A stretch of 63,865 nt of DNA, filler included. It is 10 parts of 10 records of this genome, joined end to end, with 100 filler letters (N's around TTAATTAATTAA, not from the genome) between each part and the next. Parts side by side here need not be neighbours in the genome. Positions count along the whole stretch, not along the records: positions 11,584 to 15,127 come from SRR15195285_1580; positions 15,228 to 22,716 come from SRR15195285_1582; positions 22,817 to 27,602 come from SRR15195285_1584; 7 more parts are not named here. One strand, 5' to 3'. Numbering within the stretch: the first letter of the stretch is position 1; each line of letters starts with the position of its first letter. Both the position numbers and the translations under genes were made by a program. The notes beneath the pieces were generated by a model, which saw only the letters and a list, made by a program, of their open reading frames with translations, did not search any database and had not been told where the DNA came from. Below, piece by piece: positions 11,780 through 23,086 of the stretch.

Positions 11780-12890
11780 CTAGCCCAGCGCTATCCGCAG
11801 CGGCGCATGCACCAAGATGGCCAAGATGATCACAGTTGACCAATGGAACGCCTTGATCTGACCGTTGAAATTTTCAGAACCCCACATGTACCACCACTCC
11901 GCTCCGACCATCACAAACCCTACGAAGAAAAGCAAAAAGCCCAAGCCTAGCCCGACCAACGTCATATCGAGAGCAACCAACTTGGCTGACTTATCGACTG
12001 CCGTGGCCTGTTTGTAGGCCCCCGCGGTACACAACGTGCCGATTGTTGATTCTGTGACGATAATGGCCGCGTATGCCAGGTGGTGCAGAGTACTGCTCGT
12101 GACTGCGCGCCACTTGACCGTAATATCGCCAAGGGCTGGGATCATGGCATCCATGGCCAGCACGTGTTCCACCATGGCAAAGTTTGTGTGGTAGTCCGTG
12201 ATGTTGTTGAACGCGATCAGCAGCAACGCGCCTCCAATTCCTGCAGCAATAGCAGCTGGTACCAGCTGCGCAGCATCTGCTAGCAAGGTAGCGGGCAATT
12301 GGCACACCGTTGCTGCGGCTGCAATAGACGCAGCTGCGGCAAATGCGGCCGGGGCGGTTATCGTCCCAGCCGGAGGGCGACCAGCTGTAGGAACATGGGT
12401 TGGGTACGAGCTCGCTGGGCTTGACGATCGCCCTCGGGCTTTCTTGCGCGGGTGGGTGGGTGCGTCCACATGCTGTTCTGGCGAAGACAGTAGGTTCAGC
12501 CGACGTGCGAGCTTGAGGGCAGGCTCATTCGTGATAAACTCTGCAGCAGTGACCAGGTACGTGTCGCTGATTAGTAAGGCCAGCGTTCGCGAATGGACAC
12601 TGGCAGCTACGCAGCATGCAGCAGCAGGCAAGCGGTCGACAGGGCGCAGCGCCGCGCCGCGCCGCGTCGCGCCGCCGCCAGGCATCCCGCCAGCAGCACT
12701 AGTACCCAGTAGTGAACTCAGCAGTGCACTCACCAATACCAAGGGTGCTCAACAGTGTACTCAGAAGGAAGCGCGTCGGTGACAGCGGCAAGTCAAGCCA
12801 GCCAGGCACGAGAGCCAGGCATCGATCAAGCACTTCCACCCAGGCGTAGACCTGAAGCCAGACGATCACCCACACCGGAACAGTCATCAT
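11780..12890 (-). CDS. DUF2165-family integral membrane protein with N-terminal extension (2 exons: 12890-12734, 12540-11780; 305 aa)
   Basis: C-terminal AFNNITDYHTNFAMVEHVLAMD...WRAVTS..LHHLAYAAIIVTE...GFVMVGAEWWYMWGSENFNGQIKAF matches the DUF2165 pattern. The intron has a GTGAGT donor, TACTAAT branch site and TGCAG acceptor and preserves phase. Confidence 0.85.
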
Positions 12891-13193
12891 CGGCGCGAGC
12901 GAGTCGTCTGCAATCACCGCGAGATGCCGTGGAGGGTGCACCGGCGATGCGGGCTGCGCCAGGGGAGCTGGGCTGCGGATTGGCGCTGTGAACGAACCTG
13001 ACCGCGACGCCGCGCGGACGCGCTCGTAACGAAGTTTCGCCGCGCGCGCGGCGCGGCCGGTGCCCGCCGACATGGTCATGCACATGCGCGACGACTGCGC
13101 GCGAGGCAGGGCACGGCCGCGGCGCGCGGGGGGGCATCGGGATCGGATAACGTACAACCCGCGCGCGCCCGTTCCCCACAGAAAATGCGATAG

Positions 13194-14498
13194 ATGCTGA
13201 CGCCGATGGCACACGACTCCCCACCCCTGGGCGAGCTTGGTTGGAGAGGAAAGTTCCGTTCCGACTCGGCTGAAGTGCAGACGTTGCGCACTGAGCTCGC
13301 CGACAGGGGCGGCATCGCAGGTTTGGAGCTGGTCGACCCTGCCGCTCCGGAGTTTGCAGATGCCGCAGCCAGGTTGTTCCACCGCGACGGTTTCGTGCTC
13401 GTTCGCGACGCCTTGTCGCCGCAACGTGCAGCACGAATTCGCAAAGGTTGCGACACAGTAATCCGTGGGATGGTAGCACGAGATCCCGAGCGGCTTGGCA
13501 GTCGAGGGTCCCACAGATACGCGTTTGCCAACGCTCCCGCTCACTTCGGTTGCTGTGACGCCTGGGCGTGTCTCGTGGACAACCCAGTGGCACTTGCCAC
13601 ACTCGAGGCCATCTTTGGAAGCACAGAGTTCTGCTGCTCTGGATTTGGTGGCGATTTCGTGCTACCAGGTATATTCATTTTGGCTGCGAGACTGCATCAC
13701 TCATTTCTGAATCAAGTGCCAGCTCCTGAACATGCGCTCCCACCGACACCGTCGCACCGTGCGCTGTTTGCAGGAGCAACGGAGTTTCAGCATCTTCATC
13801 GCGACATGGGGGACTTTCTGCAAGACCCTACTGGGAGGCTGAACTACTTGGATCTTCCTTGTCCCCAAGTTGTCGTGAACTACCCCATGATTGTTGTGCC
13901 AGAACCGAGGGTGGTGACAACGCTCAGTGGCGCCACGAGGCAGATACCAGGCACCCAGAATTCTCGCGACCAAATTCCAACAGAGGCGGAGGAACCCGTG
14001 TGGATGAAGTGTTCCATAACAGCACCGGTTCCGTCTGGATGTGCCCTCTTTCGTGACGTCAGATGCTGGGTAACGCTTTGTTGTTTTGACGCACATAAGC
14101 AGTCGCATTGTTATGCTGCACACGTGCCTTCTGCCAGCAACCAGAATTGTTTGGCTGCATTTTGGTGATTTTCACTCCCACGATGCATGATGGGTGTTGT
14201 GCAGCACGGTGGTACTCCCAATGTGACTCTAGATGAGGTTCGGGCAATCCCATCGGCGACATACTGTGCTCCGTGGTTCGCTCCAGAGATGGCCACAGGC
14301 TATCGGCCACAGTCGCTGCCACGCAGCGTGTACAACACACTGTCTGCACGCGGGCGCGTGGTAGCTAGATTACTTGCTTGTGACGGTGAAGCACTTGAGG
14401 AGAACAAGTGGGTGCCAGACTGGGACGTGAATGCACGACAGGGCGGTGGTGGCGCAAACAACTCGCGCCACCGAGGGCAGGTCGTTTCCAGGCTCTAG
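13194..14498 (+). CDS. Phytanoyl-CoA dioxygenase (PhyH) family Fe(II)/2OG dioxygenase, 2 introns
   Basis: FHRDGFVLVRDALS, GGDFVLPG|ATEFQHLHRD (HxD), GATRQIPGT, GCALFRDVRCW|HGGTPN. Introns at about 13669-13772 and 14070-14204. Confidence 0.88.
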
Positions 14499-14541
14499 CG
14501 ACCGGCATGAATTCGAAGTGATTCACGATTACATTTTGTTT

Positions 14542-15127
14542 TCAGTAGTCATCCACCTGGGGCAGCCAAGCCGTAGCCTGCAAGTCGGCTGGAGAAGCTG
14601 TTGCTGCAGCCCAATCCGATGCAGCGAACTCATCGTGCCTATTTGCCTGGCGGCCTTCTTTCCGTTTGCGCCCAGTTTTGCCCTTGTATGCAGTGCTGTT
14701 TTGTTTCTGCTTGCTTGTGGCACCGGATCCGTAGCTACCGTCGGGTGTCTCATCAGAATCACGGTCAGGTTCACGCCGCATTAGTGAAAATTGTACAGCA
14801 TGCTGCTGATTCCCAACGCCCTGGGCTGTTCCCCCGAAAATGGAACTTGGAAGACCGCCTGTTGGCATTGTGCTGATGAGAAGCCTCCATTTGACTGTTT
14901 TGTCTGTTCCTGAAGCCGCACCTAAAACCCGTCCTTGGCGTCTACCGGTTGCCATACCAGGATACTCGAGTTGCAAAGGTGAGCCAGATTTGACGCCATT
15001 CTTGAGAAAACCTACGAGGTGAACTCCATTGCGCTCCTTCAGCTCAACCGTCACTACATCACCCTCTGATGCAATAATGGGAACCAGCGCCGCCCACGTC
15101 GCAGCAGCAGCAGCAGCAGCAGCAGCA
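14542..15127 (-). CDS. Hypothetical protein, 5'-partial (begins in poly-Ala at contig end)
   Basis: Open frame of about 195 codons from the contig end to the stop at 14542, convergent with PhyH. No recognisable motif. Confidence 0.45.
15101..15127. repeat. (GCA)9 microsatellite at contig end
   Basis: Direct reading; (TGC)n tracts also start the contigs at 15228 and 27703. Confidence 0.9.
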
Positions 15128-15227
15128 NNNNNNNNNNNNNNNNNNNNNNNNNNNNNNNNNNNNNNNNNNNNTTAATTAATTAANNNNNNNNNNNNNNNNN
15201 NNNNNNNNNNNNNNNNNNNNNNNNNNN
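15128..15227. other. Artificial contig-joining spacer
   Basis: N44-TTAATTAATTAA-N44. Confidence 0.98.
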
Positions 15228-15315
15228 TGCTGCTGCTGCTGCTGCTGCTGCTGCGAGTGAGTGGGTGGGTAAAAAACCTGCAGCAGGTGGAGCAGCCCAC
15301 TGAGCAGACAGAGAT

Positions 15316-18300
15316 ATGGATGAGGGCGGCGGCGAGGAGGCTTTGCAACAGACGGGGCAGGCGGACAGCGACGGGGAGAACAGCAAAGCGGGGGCGAAGC
15401 CGCTGGCGGACACCAGCAGGACGCGCTCACGCGACGAGATGCTGGAAGAGAACGTCATCGGCACATTGGCGCGGGGTTTTCAAGTGACGGTACGTGCTGA
15501 CACACGGTACACGTGGCGGACTCTGCTGTCCGCGTGAGCAGGCTGGGCGCGCGACCCTCTGCGCAGCAGACCAGCTTTTGTTATCACGCGCTCAGATGGG
15601 TGGACCGATGTGCATGGATGTGTTGCAGCCTGGCGCGAAGCCGCGCACGCTGTACGGTATGCCCGTCACGAGTGTGGCCACTCTTTATGCAGGTGCGCAT
15701 CTACCAAACCAAATGGCCCCTGTCGCTGCACGACACTGAGCCGCGCTCTGCTCACACGCTGCGCATGTGCGCCGATCATCAGCTATTGATAAGGACGGGA
15801 GCGGAACGATCGAGCTCCCAGAACTACGACAGGCGCTGCAACGCTTTGACATGAAGCTAACCGCGGAACAGCTGAATAAAATCATCGCGCTGCTGGATAC
15901 GGATGGAAACAATGAGATCAGCTACAGTGAGCTCGCTGCGGCCTTCGTGCGTGCTGGCGAAACGGAGGAGCCTGCGGGATCGTACGAGGAAGCGATGTCC
16001 AATGCGATCATGAAGCGTAGCACGGAGGCTCGCCATCGCTCTCTGAACGAATCTCAAGAGGTGTCCAACCAACAGACGGAAGAGGAGCGCACTGCGAAGC
16101 GCAGGGAGGCAGAGCAGGCGAGCGTGATAGAGGTGATGCTAAATGCTGTGAAAGGGAAGCGGACACTGTTCGGCAAGAAGTTGGACAATCCGCGGGCGCT
16201 GTTTGAAGCAATGGATAAGGACGGATCTAGCAGCATCAGTGTCAAGGAGTTTGAGCAAGCAATCGACCGGCTCGGACTGGGACTGACCGCGGAGCAAGTA
16301 CAGGCTGTAGTGGATACGATCGACGCAGACGGAAATGGGGAGATTGTGTATGAAGAGTTCTTGGATCGACTTTGGCGACACGTCGAAATGCGAATGGCTG
16401 AACGTGACGCGGCCGAGAGCCCAGGGCTGTCGGCGCTGCAGATACAGGAGCAACAGAGGAAAAAAGAGGAACAGGAAGCGGAAGACATGCGCGCCGCGCC
16501 GACTGAGGAACAAGCGAAGATACGCGCACAAGCGTTAGTGGCGAATCGTATGGGGGTGCTGAAAAACGCAGTAATGCATGGCAGCGCTACCACAGACAGC
16601 AAGGTAAACCGTAAAGCCCGCAAATTGTACGGAGTGGATGTGACCTCTGTCGCGACACTGTTCTGCGCCATTGACAAGGATGGTAGTGGCAGCATCGATA
16701 CGCACGAGCTGCACGAGGCACTGAAGCGGATGGGTCTTGAGCTTAGCGAAGAACAGCTGAAACTCATCGTCGCGGACATTGATAAGGATCAAAACCTTGA
16801 GCTGAGCTATCAAGAACTCTGCGATGCTATCGGAATAGAAGAAGATGACCAAATGTACGTCACAGCAAAGGCAGAAGCTGACGCGCGGCGGGAAAAGCAG
16901 AAGCGAAAGGATGAGAAGAAAGAACGGACGCTCTCTAAAGCTGAGACTGAGGCCCATGAAAGTGAGCGCGCACAGAAGCGGACGCAGGCCGCACGTGACA
17001 ACATCATGCGAGTGTTGCGCTTGGCGACTAAGCCGTTTCCACCGAGCACTCTCCGCCCTCGTGGCGGTCACCGCACGCTGTATGGCAAAAAGTTAACAGA
17101 TCAGTTGTCAGTGTTCGAAGCGATCGACAAAGACTCGTCCGGTGACATCACCGTAGAAGAGCTGATGGACGCTCTCGTGCGGCTTGGAGCGGATGTGGCA
17201 GAGGAACAGCTGCGGGAAATGCTCACTGCGTTTGATACGGATGGGAACGGCGTGCTGAACAAACACGAATTCTTTCTGGCCGCTGATGCTGAGAGAGCTG
17301 CAGCGACAGCGAAAGCAAAAAAAAAGGCTGGCACCTTCAACAAGAACGCCAAGGCACTCCCGACGAAAGCCGGGGGCGCGGCTAACGCAGCTGGTGGGGC
17401 TACTCGTCGGCGCCGAGCAGGAGGGGGCTGGCATGTTTCGAGTCGACCGACAATTTGGTCGAAAATGCTGAGTGCCCACCCGGCCAAGATCGGTCGCTCA
17501 GTCAAAAGCAGCCAAAACCAAGCGGGTCTTGGAGCAGTGGGTACCATGGTCAGTGGTCACACCTCTGCCCCGTGCTGGAGCCTTGCAGCAGCGGCCTATG
17601 TGTCTCCTGACTACGATCCCACCCCACCACGGAGTGGCTTTGGGATCTCCGATGGTGACCCAGTAATGTGTTGGCCGCCGACACGGCCAGACACTTGGCG
17701 AGTAAGTAAGACAGGCAAACCCTGTCGCGTTGCTGCTTCGCCGGATTACGGGCGGGTTGCAGGCTGGGAAATGAACGTTTCTTTGGGTCGGAGCCCGAAA
17801 GTGCAAGTGCGCGTACCTGACCCGGATGGCACTTCTGAACTAACTAGGGTTAGAACGTGCTCTGCAGGGGCGACTGTCCGAAGGAGACGCCGCATGCATG
17901 CATTAGGCCTCACCGCCACGAAACACAAGAAGAATACAAGTGTAGGCATTCGGAAAAACAAATTGGGACAGCAGCCTTCGAAGCGCTCCATGAGCTTGGC
18001 ATCGGCAGCTTTGCGGTCAAGTACTGCAGGGGAAATCAAGTCGGTCAAAGTGAAAAGTTCAGCAGGGTCTTCGGACATCACAGTGTCTAGCGCAGACACT
18101 GTCGGTGACCTCAAGCGGCGATGTGAAGAAGTGTGGAAGCTCGAGGCAGGTGCGATGGACAAGGAGCGTCTTGTGTTCGCTGGAAAATCGATGGGTGACA
18201 GTCGCACTCTTGGCGAATGTGGCGTTTATGACGAGGCTGTGCTGACGGTGCACAAGCCTAGTGTGTGGGCGACACACCTTCAGGCATATAAATACAAAAC

Positions 18301-19446
18301 TCTACAGTACTGGGACAGATCGACTGTGCAGGCCAGCCGTCGGATTAAGAAGACAAAATCGTCTCGCCCAACTGTAAAAGCACCGATAGCGGCAACAGCA
18401 ACTGCAACGACTGAATCATCATCATCATTATCATCAGCGGCTGCGGCTGCGGAGGAAAAAGATCTGGAGGTCAACAAGCTGGCAGCGGCAGCTGCAGAAG
18501 CGCACAAAAAGTCATTGGCACGAACATTGCAGCGGCAGGTACATGCTGAGCTCACCAAGCGCCATGTCAGTGCCAGGGCAGCATTCTCTGCTTTCGTTTC
18601 GTCTATTCCAGGTCTCGCGACAGTCGATGATTTGCGGCGTGGATTTGAAGAGCTTGGTGTGCGCATGCCGATTGGAGCCAACGGCAAGCGACCTCAACTT
18701 GCCGGGGTGATCAACGACGTTTTGCTAGGAATGGTTGAGAAAGGAGAAGACTCCACACAAGTGGGCGGGCGTGTCCGCAAGCTTGATGGCTCGATCGTAG
18801 TGGACGAGACAGCTTTTCAGCTCTGGATCGCGCCTGAACCATCAGAGGTCGCGACCGTCTATACTGAGAAGATCCTCGCTGAGGCCTCAGATGGCCAAGG
18901 TGATGTGCTTGGCCCACCAGAGTCGAAAGCAGTTGCCCGAGCACAGCGGGCGGTAGATGCTATTGAGACCCAGCTGGAAGAAATGCAGCGACAAATCTCT
19001 ACTGCTGAGGCAGAACATCAGAAGACGCTGGAGGTCGAACAAAATGTCTCCGCGCGCCGTGCAGTGGAGATGCAACGTTTGGAGGTGGAGTACAAGAGCT
19101 CTCAGGAGGTGCGATCAGAGCGAAAACAAGAGCTAGCAGAGGCCCTCGCAAAGCGAAAAGCTGCGGTCCAAGCGAGAAAAGAAGCCGAGGCGGCTCGTTA
19201 CGAAGGTGCGACAAGCCCGTCTATCGATCAACGCTGGCCACGCACAGCACCCTCGTTGCTTTGCACTTCAATTGCATATCATTGGGTGGCTCACTCCTCG
19301 CTACACCGTGCGCAGAACGCCACAACGCCCGCATTGCGCACGTCAACGCCATTGCTGCAAAGCACTCCACTGGGAGTGGTCAACAAACCACTCTGAAGTC
19401 GGGCGCGAAGTTCCAAGACATGAGCTTAAATGCAGCTCAGAAGTGA
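15316..19446 (+). CDS. Multi-EF-hand protein (4 EF-hand pairs) with ubiquitin-like domain and C-terminal coiled coil
   Basis: DKDGSGTIELPEL/DTDGNNEISYSE, DKDGSSSISVKEF/DADGNGEIVYEEF, DKDGSGSIDTHEL/DKDQNLELSYQE, DKDSSGDITVEEL/DTDGNGVLNKHEF. Ubl: DTVGDLKRR...RLVFAGKSMGDSRTLGECGV. Introns at about 15490-15628, 15694-15782 and 19206-19316. Confidence 0.85.
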
Positions 19447-19809
19447 TCGGCCGCAGGTATCGCTGTGTTGGCTTCCCATGACCATTGACTGCCTGCATCG
19501 CGTCCATACCCGCATAGAAAGGACTGCTACAATCGTCGCTGGCCACCGCTTGACTTTGGAACCAACCTCCGCCGAAAGATCAAGTAGTCCGACGCCAAAA
19601 GGGACAAGCACTGACGATCCCTCACTCCCGAGACGATCACTGAGTAGCTTAGCGAAAGCGAACCTTCGTTCGGCAGCCGCAAGCCGCTGAGAAACTCATC
19701 TCGAATCCTCGTACCAGCTCTTGACCCATTAGTGTGTGGTTGTGGCCACAAGTCTCCATCGTCAGACTGCAATGATCAGCTGTTAGTCTGGTCTATTCAC
19801 ACACTCGAG

Positions 19810-22716
19810 TCATGCATCACTTCCACCTTTTTCGAACACTGCCTTTACTGCACGCTTCGACAGCTCTAGGGTAGACTCGAGCACACTGTGCGATGCGGGT
19901 GCTTGCCTTTGATACGGCTCTTGTTTCACGCGCTCTCGCCGCCTGGCTGCCCTGTGTGCATCCCACAGTTTTCGTGCGTCCAGCACGCTGGGTTGCGCAC
20001 ACGTTGAATCCTGACCAGCCTCGAAGTCGTGGCCATGCAGTGCCGGTAGCGTGGGAGGAAAACGCAGCGTACCGGTGTCATGTGGCGATCGACGTGGGTC
20101 CTGGTCAGGACGAGGCGGAGTGAGATCTACAATTGGAGAGTGGGGATCCCAGACATCTGTCAGCTGAAGTCTCTGGTCCGGTTGCTCGTACTTCGACTGC
20201 TTGTCAGGAGATCTGCCTCTTCGCAAGGATGTCCTAGATGAATCTCCCGGTGGCGACTTGTTACGACGCTCTCTGTTACGTACATGCTCTGGTGAGAAAG
20301 CATTTGTGTCTGGCGTCCGTGGTGGTGTGGTCACAGTCGCGCTCTCACGCGAACTCGGTCTCGACCGCGTCGACTGCACGAGTTGCCCATCTAAGGACTC
20401 TCTTGACCTCGGTCTGTCGTATAGAGACACCATAGCAGCAACTTCACGGTTGATCGTACCTGACTCTGTCGATCTGGATCCTTGCTGTACTCCTTGGCCA
20501 AGCTTTGCGATCTCGTCATGGCATGGGCCTTCATCAATGTATTGCATTTCTGTCACCATCCTCTTGCGGTGGCAGCAGTCCATAGCCACTACATACAGCA
20601 GGTATCCAAGCAGTACACACATTCCTAGCCCGACCCCTGCTGCAACGGCGATAGCAATAGCTACCAAAATATCTGGCGCCTGTGGCACCTCAGGGTTGGG
20701 CTCCGGCTCTGGCTCGCTTGATTCTGAGCGAGGTGGAGGCCCCTCAGCAATGAGGACCAGTGCTGACCGAAGCTCTTCCCTGACGGCAAGTACTCGCTGC
20801 ATCATTTCTGGGTGGTCTGGAACGATGACATGGACGACCATTTGCGTCAAAACCTGTGGAGCTGATGCAACCACCTGTGTGGCGTCCAGCGTCGGGATCT
20901 CAGTCCCAGCAGAGTTGATCGCAGCTATAAAATCAGCAACAAATGAGGCCGATGATGAGAATGCAGACGCTATTTGTTGGTCAGATTTGACTGTGTAGTC
21001 CACTTCAGCATCCAATGATCCTTGCAGAGCTCGGCGGCCTTGCGTCGCAGGTCCAGGCTGAGCTGCATTGCTGGAACGGACCGAGTCGATCGTTATCGAA
21101 TTCAATGCAACTTCGATCCGGTTCCAGTAAAGGTATGTCCTAATGCCAGCCTTCAGCTGGCGACGCCCCGCCCCTCTTGCGAGCTCAAGCAGCCCACCTA
21201 CGACTACGAGGTTCTGTCTAACCTCCTGATACACGCTCAGCACTTCTATCTGCACATCAGAATCTGAAAGTCCGGTCAGGTTTGCTATCGCTGGCCCTAA
21301 AAATGACGAGTTTACATCCTGGTTGAACTGCAACGCTAACTGCGTCGCAAGCTTCCACACTACAGGCTCTGGCTCTGGCTCTGGCTGTGGAGCATTGCAG
21401 TCCTCAATCCAACTGTCGTACCCAGTGCAGCTCACTCCCCAAGAAACACAAACGTCAATATCAACGGTAGCCATACAGTCGAAGCAGTCAGCGAGCTGAT
21501 ATTCCAACACCCCACATGCATTTCGAGGCTCAGGCTCTGGCGCAGGAGGTGGCTCGAGCTGATCTATCAGTGGCTCTTCCGGCTCCAGTTCTGGCTGCGG
21601 TTCTGGTGGCTCTGGTTCTGGCTCTGGTTCAGGAACGCTGCCACAGTGCATCTCAAACCTCACTCTTGCCCTGCCCTCCATTCCCGATCCGTACAGTGCC
21701 TGGTCCCGATTCATTTGAAAAGATTGGAAATACCCGAAGAGCCACGCTTCAGATCCTGGTGGAGCGAACCAATCCGACCCCCACTCCCACGTAGCATCAA
21801 GTCCACTCCCATTCCCCACGTCAGCGTCGTGGTCGAGCAGTGATGGGGTTGCAATGACCGCGAGGTCGTTCTCATTGATGCACTCGCCCGCAAAGCACCC
21901 GTAGTTGGAGCCGTCTACATGGATCGACCCACCCCCCTGGTCATCAGTAAGGTTGGCGTAGAGGCTCACTGAACAGAACGCTCCGCCTCTGTGTCTACAA
22001 TCCGACCTGGCCATCTCACTGGGGACGTTCTGGATTCGGCAATGGCAAAATTCAGAACGATTCCGAGTTCCACCAGCATGCGCAGAGGCTAGCAATTCCT
22101 CGCAGGCAAAACAATCAGAGACGACCACCGCTCCGAACCGCGCCTGCGAACCGCGCGCCCGCATCGACGCACTCGCACAGCTGTCGCTGAGCACGAGCCC
22201 AGGTTCTGACTCGGGCTCAGGGGGTGGCGGGGGTGGTGCGACAAGCGTTTCGTTGCACAGAGCGTCGTCAGCATCAGACGCGTTGCAGGCAGCGCAAGGG
22301 CAGAGCCGCCGGTGGTTGCCATCTACTGGTACCGCACCGCAAGATGCAAACGGTGTACCGCTGTAGCATACACCACTCGAGAGAAGACCATTGTGCACGT
22401 AGGGCGAACCCCAGCTCTCGCAGCTATTCTCTCCAGGATGCCCAGGCGGCTCGCCTCCGTTGTCACACCGTACTCGCAGTCCATCCAGACAACTCAGCCC
22501 CACTTCGGCATACAGCTCTAGCAGCTGCAACTTGAGCAGTGTTGCATTGGACTCGTTTGACAATGCATCGAGCTCAGACTGCACACAAACCATGTCAAAG
22601 CGCAGTGCAGCACACACTGCGTCACAGCTCCCTGTGCCAAGGGCTGACCGTGCCGCACCTCCACCTAGCGCCCACGTGACGTTAGCAGGCTCCGGCTCCG
22701 GCTCCGGCTCTGGCTC
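19810..22716 (-). CDS. Type I membrane protein with Cys-rich ectodomain and (PE)n linkers, 5'-partial
   Basis: Frame open from the contig end (EPEPEPEPANVTW...), several Cys-rich modules, EPEPEP tracts, GRRALQ motif, single TM (ILVAIAIAVAAGVGLGMCVLLGYLLYVV), disordered tail. Confidence 0.8.
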   Translation of the reverse strand, partial: EPEPEPEPEPANVTWALGGGAARSALGTGSCDAVCAALRFDMVCVQSELDALSNESNATLLKLQLLELYAEVGLSCLDGLRVRCDNGGEPPGHPGENSCESWGSPYVHNGLLSSGVCYSGTPFASCGAVPVDGNHRRLCPCAACNASDADDALCNETLVAPPPPPPEPESEPGLVLSDSCASASMRARGSQARFGAVVVSDCFACEELLASAHAGGTRNRSEFCHCRIQNVPSEMARSDCRHRGGAFCSVSLYANLTDDQGGGSIHVDGSNYGCFAGECINENDLAVIATPSLLDHDADVGNGSGLDATWEWGSDWFAPPGSEAWLFGYFQSFQMNRDQALYGSGMEGRARVRFEMHCGSVPEPEPEPEPPEPQPELEPEEPLIDQLEPPPAPEPEPRNACGVLEYQLADCFDCMATVDIDVCVSWGVSCTGYDSWIEDCNAPQPEPEPEPVVWKLATQLALQFNQDVNSSFLGPAIANLTGLSDSDVQIEVLSVYQEVRQNLVVVGGLLELARGAGRRQLKAGIRTYLYWNRIEVALNSITIDSVRSSNAAQPGPATQGRRALQGSLDAEVDYTVKSDQQIASAFSSSASFVADFIAAINSAGTEIPTLDATQVVASAPQVLTQMVVHVIVPDHPEMMQRVLAVREELRSALVLIAEGPPPRSESSEPEPEPNPEVPQAPDILVAIAIAVAAGVGLGMCVLLGYLLYVVAMDCCHRKRMVTEMQYIDEGPCHDEIAKLGQGVQQGSRSTESGTINREVAAMVSLYDRPRSRESLDGQLVQSTRSRPSSRESATVTTPPRTPDTNAFSPEHVRNRERRNKSPPGDSSRTSLRRGRSPDKQSKYEQPDQRLQLTDVWDPHSPIVDLTPPRPDQDPRRSPHDTGTLRFPPTLPALHGHDFEAGQDSTCAQPSVLDARKLWDAHRAARRRERVKQEPYQRQAPASHSVLESTLELSKRAVKAVFEKGGSDA

Positions 22717-22816
22717 NNNNNNNNNNNNNNNNNNNNNNNNNNNNNNNNNNNNNNNNNNNNTTAATTAATTAANNNNNNNNNNNNNNNNNNNNNNNNNNNN
22801 NNNNNNNNNNNNNNNN
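22717..22816. other. Artificial contig-joining spacer
   Basis: N44-TTAATTAATTAA-N44. Confidence 0.98.
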
Positions 22817-23086
22817 ACATGCATTCGTAGGCCGGATCGTTGCTGCTGGGGATCGTTCGGGCCTGGCGCCGGCGGCCGCGCGGCGCGCCCCGCCGCCGGA
22901 TGGAGGCGCCCCGAGGGCGGGTAGCATAGGGATCCCTCGACGGTCTGTGCGCGGGGGAGCACGCGGAGCGAGCTCTACGATATTGTACGCTCCACGGAGC
23001 GAGGACTGGCTGTGGCGCGCGCGAGAGAAAGTGCGCAGCGTGGTCTACATGTATGAGGTCCATCTGCAGCTGTGAGTTGGAGACTG

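Noticed and set aside
15101-15254. (GCA)9 and (TGC)9 either side of a spacer as an inverted-repeat element
   Set aside because: They lie on different contigs and are microsatellites at assembly break points.
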